Of a DNA stretch of 64,000 nucleotides, positions 1 through 11,388 are shown in pieces. Every line of letters starts with the position of its first letter. Position 1 is the first letter of the stretch. The stretch spans positions 17,856,001-17,920,000 of the forward strand of contig OZ059900.1 in NCBI GenBank assembly GCA_964057225.1. The letters are read 5' to 3'. The translations under genes and the position numbers were made by a program. This DNA comes from Auanema rhodensis. Its lineage: Eukaryota > Animalia > Nematoda. Below the pieces are notes generated by a model. It was not told the origin of the DNA and did not search any database. It was given only the letters and a program-made list of their open reading frames with translations.

Positions 1-769
1 ATGAGTCGTCAAATGCAACGAATTTCAGCGTGTTACATACTAAAATGAAGCATTTCACATGCTGAACACTAGAAAAATACAAAAACACAGTATTTCCCAT
101 GAGAAATATTTTATTATGCTGGAAAACCAGTTTTTGGAAATTTCGCTGTAAACAAGGTTTTGACTTACGATTTCATGTGTTCAAACTCATGCAATGTCAA
201 TGAAACCTAGCTCAAAATTGTTCCTACAACGTCTAGTTCCACTTTCACGACAAAAAAACAGGGGTTAGAAAATTAAGGAAATTAGCATATTCTGAGGGCA
301 CGCCTCTTATGGCTAATATTGATTAAATCGATTTTTGTTCATATGAGTCGTCAAATGCAACGAATTTCAGCGTGTTACATACTAAAATGAAGCATTTTAC
401 ATGCTGAACACTATAAAAATACAAAAACACAGTATTTCCCATGAGAAATATTTTATTATGCTGGAAAACCAGTTTTTGGAAATTTCGCTGTAAACAAGGT
501 TTTGACTTACGATTTCATGTGTTCAAACTCATGCAATGTCAATGAAACCTAGCTCAAAATTGTTCCTACAACGTCTAGTTCCACTTTCACGACAACAAAA
601 CAGGGGTTAGAAAATTAAGGAAATTAGCATATTCTGAGGGCACGCCTCTTATGGCTAATATTGATTAAATCGATTTTTGTTCATATGAGTCGTCAAATGC
701 AACGAATTTCAGCGTGTTACATACTAAAATGAAGCATTTTACATGCTGAACACTATAAAAATACAAAAA

Positions 770-3700
770 CACAGTATTTCCCATGAGAAATATTTTATTA
801 TGCTGGAAAACCAGTTTTTGGAAATTTCGCTGTAAACAAGGTTTTGACTTACGATTTCATGTGTTCAAACTCATGCAATGTCAATGAAACCTAGCTCAAA
901 ATTGTTCCTACAACGTCTAGTTCCACTTTCACGACAACAAAACAGGGGTTAGAAAATTAAGGAAATTAGCATATTCTGAGGGCACGCCCCTTATGGCTAA
1001 TATTGATTAAATCGATTTTTGTTCATATGAGTCGTCAAATGCAACGAATTTCAGCGTGTTACATACTAAAATGAAGCATTTCACATGCTGAACACTAGAA
1101 AAATACAAAAACACAGTATTTCCCATGAGAAATATTTTATTATGCTGGAAAACCAGTTTTTGGAAAGTTCGCTGTAAACAAGGTTTTGACTTACGATTTC
1201 ATGTGTTCAAACTCATGCAATGTCAATGAAACCTAGCTCAAAATTGTTCGTACAACGTCTAGTTCCACTTTCACGACAAAAAAACAGGGGTTAGAAATTT
1301 AAGGAAATTAGCATATTCTGAGGGCACGCCCCTTATGGCTAATATTGATTAAATCGATTTTTGTTCATATGAGTCGTCAAATGCAATTAATTTCAGCGTG
1401 TTACATACTAAAATGAAGCATTTTACATGCTGAACACTAAAAAAATACAAAAACACAGTATTTCCCATGAGAAATATTTTATTATGCTGGAAAACGAGTT
1501 TTTGGAAATTTCGCTGTAAACAAGGTTTTGACTTACGATTTCATGTGTTCAAACTCATGCAATGTCAATGAAACCTAGCTCAAAATTGTTCCTACAACGT
1601 CTAGTTCCACTTTCACGACAAAAAACAGGGGTTAGAAAATTAAGGAAATTAGCATATTCTGAGGGCACGCCCCTTATGGCTAATATTGATTAAATCGATT
1701 TTTGTTCATATGAGTCGTCAAATGCAACGAATTTCAGCGTGTTACATACTAAAATGAAGCATTTTACATGCTGAACACTAGAAAAATACAAAAACACAGT
1801 ATTTCCCATGAGAAATATTTTATTATGCTGGAAAACCAGTTTTTGGAAATTTCGCTGTAAACAAGGTTTTGACTTACGATTTCATGTGTTCAAACTCATG
1901 CAATGTCAATGAAACCTAGCTCAAAATTGTTCCTACAACGTCTAGTTCCACTTTCACGACAACAAAACAGGGGTTAGAAAATTAAGGAAATTAGCATATT
2001 CTGAGGGCACGCCCCTTATGGCTAATATTGATTAAATCGATTTTTGTTCATATGAGTCGTCAAATGCAACGAATTTCAGCGTGTTACATACTAAAATGAA
2101 GCATTTCACATGCTGAACACTAGAAAAATACAAAAACACAGTATTTCCCATGAGAAATATTTTATTATGCTGGAAAACCAGTTTTTGGAAATTTCGCTGT
2201 AAACAAGGTTTTGACTTACGATTTCATGTGTTCAAACTCATGCAATGTCAATGAAACCTAGCTCAAAATTGTTCCTACAACGTCTAGTTCCACTTTCACG
2301 ACAAAAAAACAGGGGTTAGAAAATTAAGGAAATTAGCATATTCTGAGGGCACGCCTCTTATGGCTAATATTGATTAAATCGATTTTTGTTCATATGAGTC
2401 GTCAAATGCAACGAATTTCAGCGTGTTACATACTAAAATGAAGCATTTCACATGCTGAACACTAGAAAAATACAAAAACACAGTATTTCCCATGAGAAAT
2501 ATTTTATTATGCTGGAAAACCAGTTTTTGGAAATTTCGCTGTAAACAAGGTTTTGACTTACGATTTCATGTGTTCAAACTCATGCAATGTCAATGAAACC
2601 TAGCTCAAAATTGTTCCTACAACGTCTAGTTCCACTTTCACGACAACAAAACAGGGGTTAGAAAATTAAGGAAATTAGCATATTCTGAGGGCACGCCCCT
2701 TATGGCTAATATTGATTAAATCGATTTTTGTTCATATGAGTCGTCAAATGCAACGAATTTCAGCGTGTTACATACTAAAATGAAGCATTTCACATGCTGA
2801 ACACTAGAAAAATACAAAAACACAGTATTTCCCATGAGAAATATTTTATTATGCTGGAAAACCAGTTTTTGGAAAGTTCGCTGTAAACAAGGTTTTGACT
2901 TACGATTTCATGTGTTCAAACTCATGCAATGTCAATGAAACCTAGCTCAAAATTGTTCGTACAACGTCTAGTTCCACTTTCACGACAAAAAAACAGGGGT
3001 TAGAAAATTAAGGAAATTAGCATATTCTGAGGGCACGCCCCTTATGGCTAATATTGATTAAATCGATTTTTGTTCATATGAGTCGTCAAATGCAATTAAT
3101 TTCAGCGTGTTACATACTAAAATGAAGCATTTTACATGCTGAACACTAAAAAAATACAAAAACACAGTATTTCCCATGAGAAATATTTTATTATGCTGGA
3201 AAACGAGTTTTTGGAAATTTCGCTGTAAACAAGGTTTTGACTTACGATTTCATGTGTTCAAACTCATGCAATGTCAATGAAACCTAGCTCAAAATTGTTC
3301 CTACAACGTCTAGTTCCACTTTCACGACAAAAAACAGGGGTTAGAAAATTAAGGAAATTAGCATATTCTGAGGGCACGCCCCTTATGGCTAATATTGATT
3401 AAATCGATTTTTGTTCATATGAGTCGTCAAATGCAACGAATTTCAGCGTGTTACATACTAAAATGAAGCATTTTACATGCTGAACACTAGAAAAATACAA
3501 AAACACAGTATTTCCCATGAGAAATATTTTATTATGCTGGAAAACCAGTTTTTGGAAATTTCGCTGTAAACAAGGTTTTGACTTACGATTTCATGTGTTC
3601 AAACTCATGCAATGTCAATGAAACCTAGCTCAAAATTGTTCCTACAACGTCTAGTTCCACTTTCACGACAACAAAACAGGGGTTAGAAAATTAAGGAAAT

Positions 3701-4150
3701 TAGCATATTCTGAGGGCACGCCCCTTATGGCTAATATTGATTAAATCGATTTTTGTTCATATGAGTCGTCAAATGCAACGAATTTCAGCGTGTTACATAC
3801 TAAAATGAAGCATTTCACATGCTGAACACTAGAAAAATACAAAAACACAGTATTTCCCATGAGAAATATTTTATTATGCTGGAAAACCAGTTTTTGGAAA
3901 TTTCGCTGTAAACAAGGTTTTGACTTACGATTTCATGTGTTCAAACTCATGCAATGTCAATGAAACCTAGCTCAAAATTGTTCCTACAACGTCTAGTTCC
4001 ACTTTCACGACAAAAAAACAGGGGTTAGAAAATTAAGGAAATTAGCATATTCTGAGGGCACGCCTCTTATGGCTAATATTGATTAAATCGATTTTTGTTC
4101 ATATGAGTCGTCAAATGCAACGAATTTCAGCGTGTTACATACTAAAATGA
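770..4150 (+). repeat. Local 5-monomer (1709 bp) tandem duplication
   Basis: GGAAAGTTC variant at 1167 and 2876. The CAATTAATT/ACTAAAA/AAACGAG monomer occurs at ~1385 and ~3094. Boundaries approximate. Confidence 0.8.
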
Positions 4151-7100
4151 AGCATTTTACATGCTGAACACTATAAAAATACAAAAACACAGTATTTCCC
4201 ATGAGAAATATTTTATTATGCTGGAAAACCAGTTTTTGGAAATTTCGCTGTAAACAAGGTTTTGACTTACGATTTCATGTGTTCAAACTCATGCAATGTC
4301 AATGAAACCTAGCTCAAAATTGTTCCTACAACGTCTAGTTCCACTTTCACGACAACAAAACAGGGGTTAGAAAATTAAGGAAATTAGCATATTCTGAGGG
4401 CACGCCTCTTATGGCTAATATTGATTAAATCGATTTTTGTTCATATGAGTCGTCAAATGCAACGAATTTCAGCGTGTTACATACTAAAATGAAGCATTTT
4501 ACATGCTGAACACTATAAAAATACAAAAACACAGTATTTCCCATGAGAAATATTTTATTATGCTGGAAAACCAGTTTTTGGAAATTTCGCTGTAAACAAG
4601 GTTTTGACTTACGATTTCATGTGTTCAAACTCATGCAATGTCAATGAAACCTAGCTCAAAATTGTTCCTACAACGTCTAGTTCCACTTTCACGACAACAA
4701 AACAGGGGTTAGAAAATTAAGGAAATTAGCATATTCTGAGGGCACGCCCCTTATGGCTAATATTGATTAAATCGATTTTTGTTCATATGAGTCGTCAAAT
4801 GCAACGAATTTCAGCGTGTTACATACTAAAATGAAGCATTTCACATGCTGAACACTAGAAAAATACAAAAACACAGTATTTCCCATGAGAAATATTTTAT
4901 TATGCTGGAAAACCAGTTTTTGGAAATTTCGCTGTAAACAAGGTTTTGACTTACGATTTCATGTGTTCAAACTCATGCAATGTCAATGAAACCTAGCTCA
5001 AAATTGTTCCTACAACGTCTAGTTCCACTTTCACGACAACAAAACAGGGGTTAGAAAATTAAGGAAATTAGCATATTCTGAGGGCACGCCCCTTATGGCT
5101 AATATTGATTAAATCGATTTTTGTTCATATGAGTCGTCAAATGCAACGAATTTCAGCGTGTTACATACTAAAATGAAGCATTTCACATGCTGAACACTAG
5201 AAAAATACAAAAACACAGTATTTCCCATGAGAAATATTTTATTATGCTGGAAAACCAGTTTTTGGAAATTTCGCTGTAAACAAGGTTTTGACTTACGATT
5301 TCATGTGTTCAAACTCATGCAATGTCAATGAAACCTAGCTCAAAATTGTTCCTACAACGTCTAGTTCCACTTTCACGACAACAAAACAGGGGTTAGAAAA
5401 TTAAGGAAATTAGCATATTCTGAGGGCACGCCCCTTATGGCTAATATTGATTAAATCGATTTTTGTTCATATGAGTCGTCAAATGCAACGAATTTCAGCG
5501 TGTTACATACTAAAATGAAGCATTTCACATGCTGAACACTAGAAAAATACAAAAACACAGTATTTCCCATGAGAAATATTTTATTATGCTGGAAAACCAG
5601 TTTTTGGAAATTTCGCTGTAAACAAGGTTTTGACTTACGATTTCATGTGTTCAAACTCCTGCAATGTCAATGAAACCTAGCTCAAAATTGTTCGTACAAC
5701 GTCTAGTTCCACTTTCACGACAAAAAAACAGGGGTTAGAAAATTAAGGAAATTAGCATATTCTGAGGGCACGCCCCTTATGGCTAATATTGATAAATCGA
5801 TTTTTGTTCATATGAGTCGTCAAATGCAATTAATTTCAGCGTGTTACATACTAAAATGAAGCATTTTACATGCTGAACACTAAAAAAATACAAAAACACA
5901 GTATTTCCCATGAGAAATATTTTATTATGCTGGAAAACGAGTTTTTGGAAATTTCGCTGTAAACAAGGTTTTGACTTACGATTTCATGTGTTCAAACTCA
6001 TGCAATGTCAATGAAACCTAGCTCAAAATTGTTCCTACAACGTCTAGTTCCACTTTCACGACAAAAAAAGAGGGGTTAGAAAATTAAGGAAATTAGCATA
6101 TTCTGAGGGCACGCCCTTTATGGCTAATATTGATTAAATCGATTTTTGTTCATATGAGTCGTCAAATGCAACGAATTTCAGCGTGTTACATACTAAAATG
6201 AAACATTTTACATGCTGAACACTATAAAAATACAAAAACACAGTATTTCCCATGAGAAATATTTTATTATGCTGGAAAACCAGTTTTTGGAAATTTCGCT
6301 GTAAACAAGGTTTTGACTTACGATTTCATGTGTTCAAACTCATGCAATGTCAATGAAACCTAGCTCAAAATTGTTCCTACAACGTCTAGTTCCACTTTCA
6401 CGACAAAAAAACAGGGGTTAGAAAATTAAGGAAATTAGCATATTCTGAGGGCACGCCTCTTATGGCTAATATTGATTAAATCGATTTTTGTTCATATGAG
6501 TCGTCAAATGCAACGAATTTCAGCGTGTTACATACTAAAATGAAGCATTTCACATGCTGAACACTAGAAAAATACAAAAACACAGTATTTCCCATGAGAA
6601 ATATTTTATTATGCTGGAAAACCAGTTTTTGGAAATTTCGCTGTAAACAAGGTTTTGACTTACGATTTCATGTGTTCAAACTCATGCAATGTCAATGAAA
6701 CCTAGCTCAAAATTGTTCCTACAACGTCTAGTTCCACTTTCACGACAACAAAACAGGGGTTAGAAAATTAAGGAAATTAGCATATTCTGAGGGCACGCCC
6801 CTTATGGCTAATATTGATTAAATCGATTTTTGTTCATATGAGTCGTCAAATGCAACGAATTTCAGCGTGTTACATACTAAAATGAAGCATTTCACATGCT
6901 GAACACTAGAAAAATACAAAAACACAGTATTTCCCATGAGAAATATTTTATTATGCTGGAAAACCAGTTTTTGGAAAGTTCGCTGTAAACAAGGTTTTGA
7001 CTTACGATTTCATGTGTTCAAACTCATGCAATGTCAATGAAACCTAGCTCAAAATTGTTCGTACAACGTCTAGTTCCACTTTCACGACAAAAAAACAGGG

Positions 7101-10100
7101 GTTAGAAAATTAAGGAAATTAGCATATTCTGAGGGCACGCCCCTTATGGCTAATATTGATTAAATCGATTTTTGTTCATATGAGTCGTCAAATGCAATTA
7201 ATTTCAGCGTGTTACATACTAAAATGAAGCATTTTACATGCTGAACACTAAAAAAATACAAAAACACAGTATTTCCCATGAGAAATATTTTATTATGCTG
7301 GAAAACGAGTTTTTGGAAATTTCGCTGTTAACAAGGTTTTGACTTACGATTTCATGTGTTCAAACTCATGCAATGTCAATGAAACCTAGCTCAAAATTGT
7401 TCCTACAACGTCTAGTTCCACTTTCACGACAAAAAACAGGGGTTAGAAAATTAAGGAAATTAGCATATTCTGAGGGCACGCCCCTTATGGCTAATATTGA
7501 TTAAATCGATTTTTGTTCATATGAGTCGTCAAATGCAACGAATTTCAGCGTGTTACATACTAAAATGAAGCATTTTACATGCTGAACACTAGAAAAATAC
7601 AAAAACACAGTATTTCCCATGAGAAATATTTTATTATGCTGGAAAACCAGTTTTTGGAAATTTCGCTGTAAACAAGGTTTTGACTTACGATTTCATGTGT
7701 TCAAACTCATGCAATGTCAATGAAACCTAGCTCAAAATTGTTCCTACAACGTCTAGTTCCACTTTCACGACAACAAAACAGGGGTTAGAAAATTAAGGAA
7801 ATTAGCATATTCTGAGGGCACGCCCCTTATGGCTAATATTGATTAAATCGATTTTTGTTCATATGAGTCGTCAAATGCAACGAATTTCAGCGTGTTACAT
7901 ACTAAAATGAAGCATTTCACATGCTGAACACTAGAAAAATACAAAAACACAGTATTTCCCATGAGAAATATTTTATTATGCTGGAAAACCAGTTTTTGGA
8001 AATTTCGCTGTAAACAAGGTTTTGACTTACGATTTCATGTGTTCAAACTCATGCAATGTCAATGAAACCTAGCTCAAAATTGTTCCTACAACGTCTAGTT
8101 CCACTTTCACGACAAAAAAACAGGGGTTAGAAAATTAAGGAAATTAGCATATTCTGAGGGCACGCCTCTTATGGCTAATATTGATTAAATCGATTTTTGT
8201 TCATATGAGTCGTCAAATGCAACGAATTTCAGCGTGTTACATACTAAAATGAAGCATTTTACATGCTGAACACTATAAAAATACAAAAACACAGTATTTC
8301 CCATGAGAAATATTTTATTATGCTGGAAAACCAGTTTTTGGAAATTTCGCTGTAAACAAGGTTTTGACTTACGATTTCATGTGTTCAAACTCATGCAATG
8401 TCAATGAAACCTAGCTCAAAATTGTTCCTACAACGTCTAGTTCCACTTTCACGACAACAAAACAGGGGTTAGAAAATTAAGGAAATTAGCATATTCTGAG
8501 GGCACGCCTCTTATGGCTAATATTGATTAAATCGATTTTTGTTCATATGAGTCGTCAAATGCAACGAATTTCAGCGTGTTACATACTAAAATGAAGCATT
8601 TTACATGCTGAACACTATAAAAATACAAAAACACAGTATTTCCCATGAGAAATATTTTATTATGCTGGAAAACCAGTTTTTGGAAATTTCGCTGTAAACA
8701 AGGTTTTGACTTACGATTTCATGTGTTCAAACTCATGCAATGTCAATGAAACCTAGCTCAAAATTGTTCCTACAACGTCTAGTTCCACTTTCACGACAAC
8801 AAAACAGGGGTTAGAAAATTAAGGAAATTAGCATATTCTGAGGGCACGCCCCTTATGGCTAATATTGATTAAATCGATTTTTGTTCATATGAGTCGTCAA
8901 ATGCAACGAATTTCAGCGTGTTACATACTAAAATGAAGCATTTCACATGCTGAACACTAGAAAAATACAAAAACACAGTATTTCCCATGAGAAATATTTT
9001 ATTATGCTGGAAAACCAGTTTTTGGAAATTTCGCTGTAAACAAGGTTTTGACTTACGATTTCATGTGTTCAAACTCATGCAATGTCAATGAAACCTAGCT
9101 CAAAATTGTTCCTACAACGTCTAGTTCCACTTTCACGACAACAAAACAGGGGTTAGAAAATTAAGGAAATTAGCATATTCTGAGGGCACGCCCCTTATGG
9201 CTAATATTGATTAAATCGATTTTTGTTCATATGAGTCGTCAAATGCAACGAATTTCAGCGTGTTACATACTAAAATGAAGCATTTCACATGCTGAACACT
9301 AGAAAAATACAAAAACACAGTATTTCCCATGAGAAATATTTTATTATGCTGGAAAACCAGTTTTTGGAAATTTCGCTGTAAACAAGGTTTTGACTTACGA
9401 TTTCATGTGTTCAAACTCATGCAATGTCAATGAAACCTAGCTCAAAATTGTTCCTACAACGTCTAGTTCCACTTTCACGACAACAAAACAGGGGTTAGAA
9501 AATTAAGGAAATTAGCATATTCTGAGGGCACGCCCCTTATGGCTAATATTGATTAAATCGATTTTTGTTCATATGAGTCGTCAAATGCAACGAATTTCAG
9601 CGTGTTACATACTAAAATGAAGCATTTCACATGCTGAACACTAGAAAAATACAAAAACACAGTATTTCCCATGAGAAATATTTTATTATGCTGGAAAACC
9701 AGTTTTTGGAAATTTCGCTGTAAACAAGGTTTTGACTTACGATTTCATGTGTTCAAACTCCTGCAATGTCAATGAAACCTAGCTCAAAATTGTTCGTACA
9801 ACGTCTAGTTCCACTTTCACGACAAAAAAACAGGGGTTAGAAAATTAAGGAAATTAGCATATTCTGAGGGCACGCCCCTTATGGCTAATATTGATAAATC
9901 GATTTTTGTTCATATGAGTCGTCAAATGCAATTAATTTCAGCGTGTTACATACTAAAATGAAGCATTTTACATGCTGAACACTAAAAAAATACAAAAACA
10001 CAGTATTTCCCATGAGAAATATTTTATTATGCTGGAAAACGAGTTTTTGGAAATTTCGCTGTAAACAAGGTTTTGACTTACGATTTCATGTGTTCAAACT

Positions 10101-10450
10101 CATGCAATGTCAATGAAACCTAGCTCAAAATTGTTCCTACAACGTCTAGTTCCACTTTCACGACAAAAAAAGAGGGGTTAGAAAATTAAGGAAATTAGCA
10201 TATTCTGAGGGCACGCCCTTTATGGCTAATATTGATTAAATCGATTTTTGTTCATATGAGTCGTCAAATGCAACGAATTTCAGCGTGTTACATACTAAAA
10301 TGAAACATTTTACATGCTGAACACTATAAAAATACAAAAACACAGTATTTCCCATGAGAAATATTTTATTATGCTGGAAAACCAGTTTTTGGAAATTTCG
10401 CTGTAAACAAGGTTTTGACTTACGATTTCATGTGTTCAAACTCATGCAAT
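2130..10450 (+). repeat. 12-monomer (4102 bp) higher-order repeat, two copies
   Basis: Rare variants repeat at +4102: GGAAAGTTC 2876/6978, AACTCCTGC 5659/9761, TTGATAAATC deletion ~5791/~9893, AGAGGGG ~6069/~10171, GAAACATT ~6203/~10305. Confidence 0.9.
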
Positions 10451-10988
10451 GTCAATAAAACCTAGCTCAAAATTGTTCGTACAACGTCTAGTTCCACTTT
10501 CACGACAAAAAAACAGGGGTTAGAAAATTAAGGAAATTAGCATATTCTGAGGGCACGCCCCTTATGGCTAATATTGATTAAATCGATTTTTGTTCATATG
10601 AGTCGTCAAATGCAACGAATTTCAGCGTGTTACATACTAAAATGAAGCATTTTACATGCTGAACACTATAAAAATACAAAAACACAGTATTTCCCATGAG
10701 AAATATTTTATTATGCTGGAAAACCAGTTTTTGGAAATTTCGCTGTAAACAAGGTTTTGACTTACGATTTCATGTGTTCAAACTCATGCAATGTCAATGA
10801 AACCTAGCTTAAAATTGTTCCTACAACGTCTAGTTCCACTTTCACGACAACAAAACAGGGGTTAGAAAATTAAGGAAATTAGCATATTCTGAGGGCACGC
10901 CCCTTATGGCTAATATTGATTAAATCGATTTTTGTTCATATGAGTCGTCAAATGCAACGAATTTCAGCGTGTTACATACTAAAATGAA

Positions 10989-11068
10989 GCATTTCACATG
11001 CTGAACACTAGAAAAATACAAAAACACAGTATTTCCCATGAGAAATATTTTATTATGCTGGAAATTTC
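10989..11068. other. Inversion junction / centre of a large dyad (77-bp spacer 10989-11065 between inverted arms)
   Basis: The forward monomer is truncated at ...TTATGCTGGAAA (11064) and joined directly to TTTCATTTTAG.... The arm starting at 11066 is complementary to the arm ending at 10988 (...ACTAAAATGAA). Confidence 0.97.
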
Positions 11069-11370
11069 ATTTTAGTATGTAACACGCTGAAATTCGTTGC
11101 ATTTGACGACTCATAGGAACAAAAATCGATTTAATCAATATTAGCCATAAGGGGCGTGCCCTCAGAATATGCTAATTTCCTTAATTTTCTAACCCCTGTT
11201 TTTTGTCGTGAAAGTGGAACTAGACGTTGTAGGAACAATTTTGAGCTAGGTTTCATTGACATTGCATGAGTTTGAACACATGAAATCGTAAGTCAAAACC
11301 TTGTTTACAGCGAAATTTCCAAAAACTGGTTTTCCAGCATAATAAAATATTTCTCATGGGAAATACTGTG

Positions 11371-11388
11371 TTTTATTTTTTTTTATTT
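11371..11388. other. 13-bp T-rich insertion in one monomer
   Basis: GTG-TTTTATTTTTTTTTATTTGT-ATTTTT replaces the consensus GTG-TTTTTGT-ATTTTT. I saw it only once in the window. Confidence 0.85.

Larger units (their letters stand above)
1..11064 (+). repeat. 342-bp tandem satellite DNA array, forward-orientation arm (~32 monomers; open at window start)
   Basis: ATGAGTCGTCAAATGCAACG recurs at 1, 343, 685, 1027... (period 342, or 341 where the A7 run is A6). Monomers are near-identical, 116/342 G+C, with many A/T tracts and no long ORF. Confidence 0.99.

Noticed and set aside
261-268. Telomere-like GGGGTTAG / CTAACCCC motif
   Set aside because: A single 7-8 bp match per monomer, not tandem; compatible with chance.
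1-342. Ancestral sub-repeat (6 x 57 bp or 2 x 171 bp) within the monomer
   Set aside because: Only weak echoes (ATTTTACATGCTG vs ATTTTATTATGCTG ~57 bp apart; ACGAATTTCAGCGTGTT vs ACGATTTCATGTGTT ~148 bp apart) with inconsistent offsets. Not supportable without an autocorrelation test.
1-342. tRNA, 5S rRNA or snRNA tandem gene unit; assignment to a named satellite family
   Set aside because: No cloverleaf, A/B-box or 5S similarity recognised. Length and AT content resemble several insect and plant satellites, but I cannot verify identity without a database search.
10989-11068. Junction as a transposon/MITE terminal inverted repeat or as a simple fold-back read artefact
   Set aside because: There is no internal non-satellite sequence or target-site duplication. 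The arms are not exact mirrors, as a chimeric read would give, although read-level confirmation is still needed.
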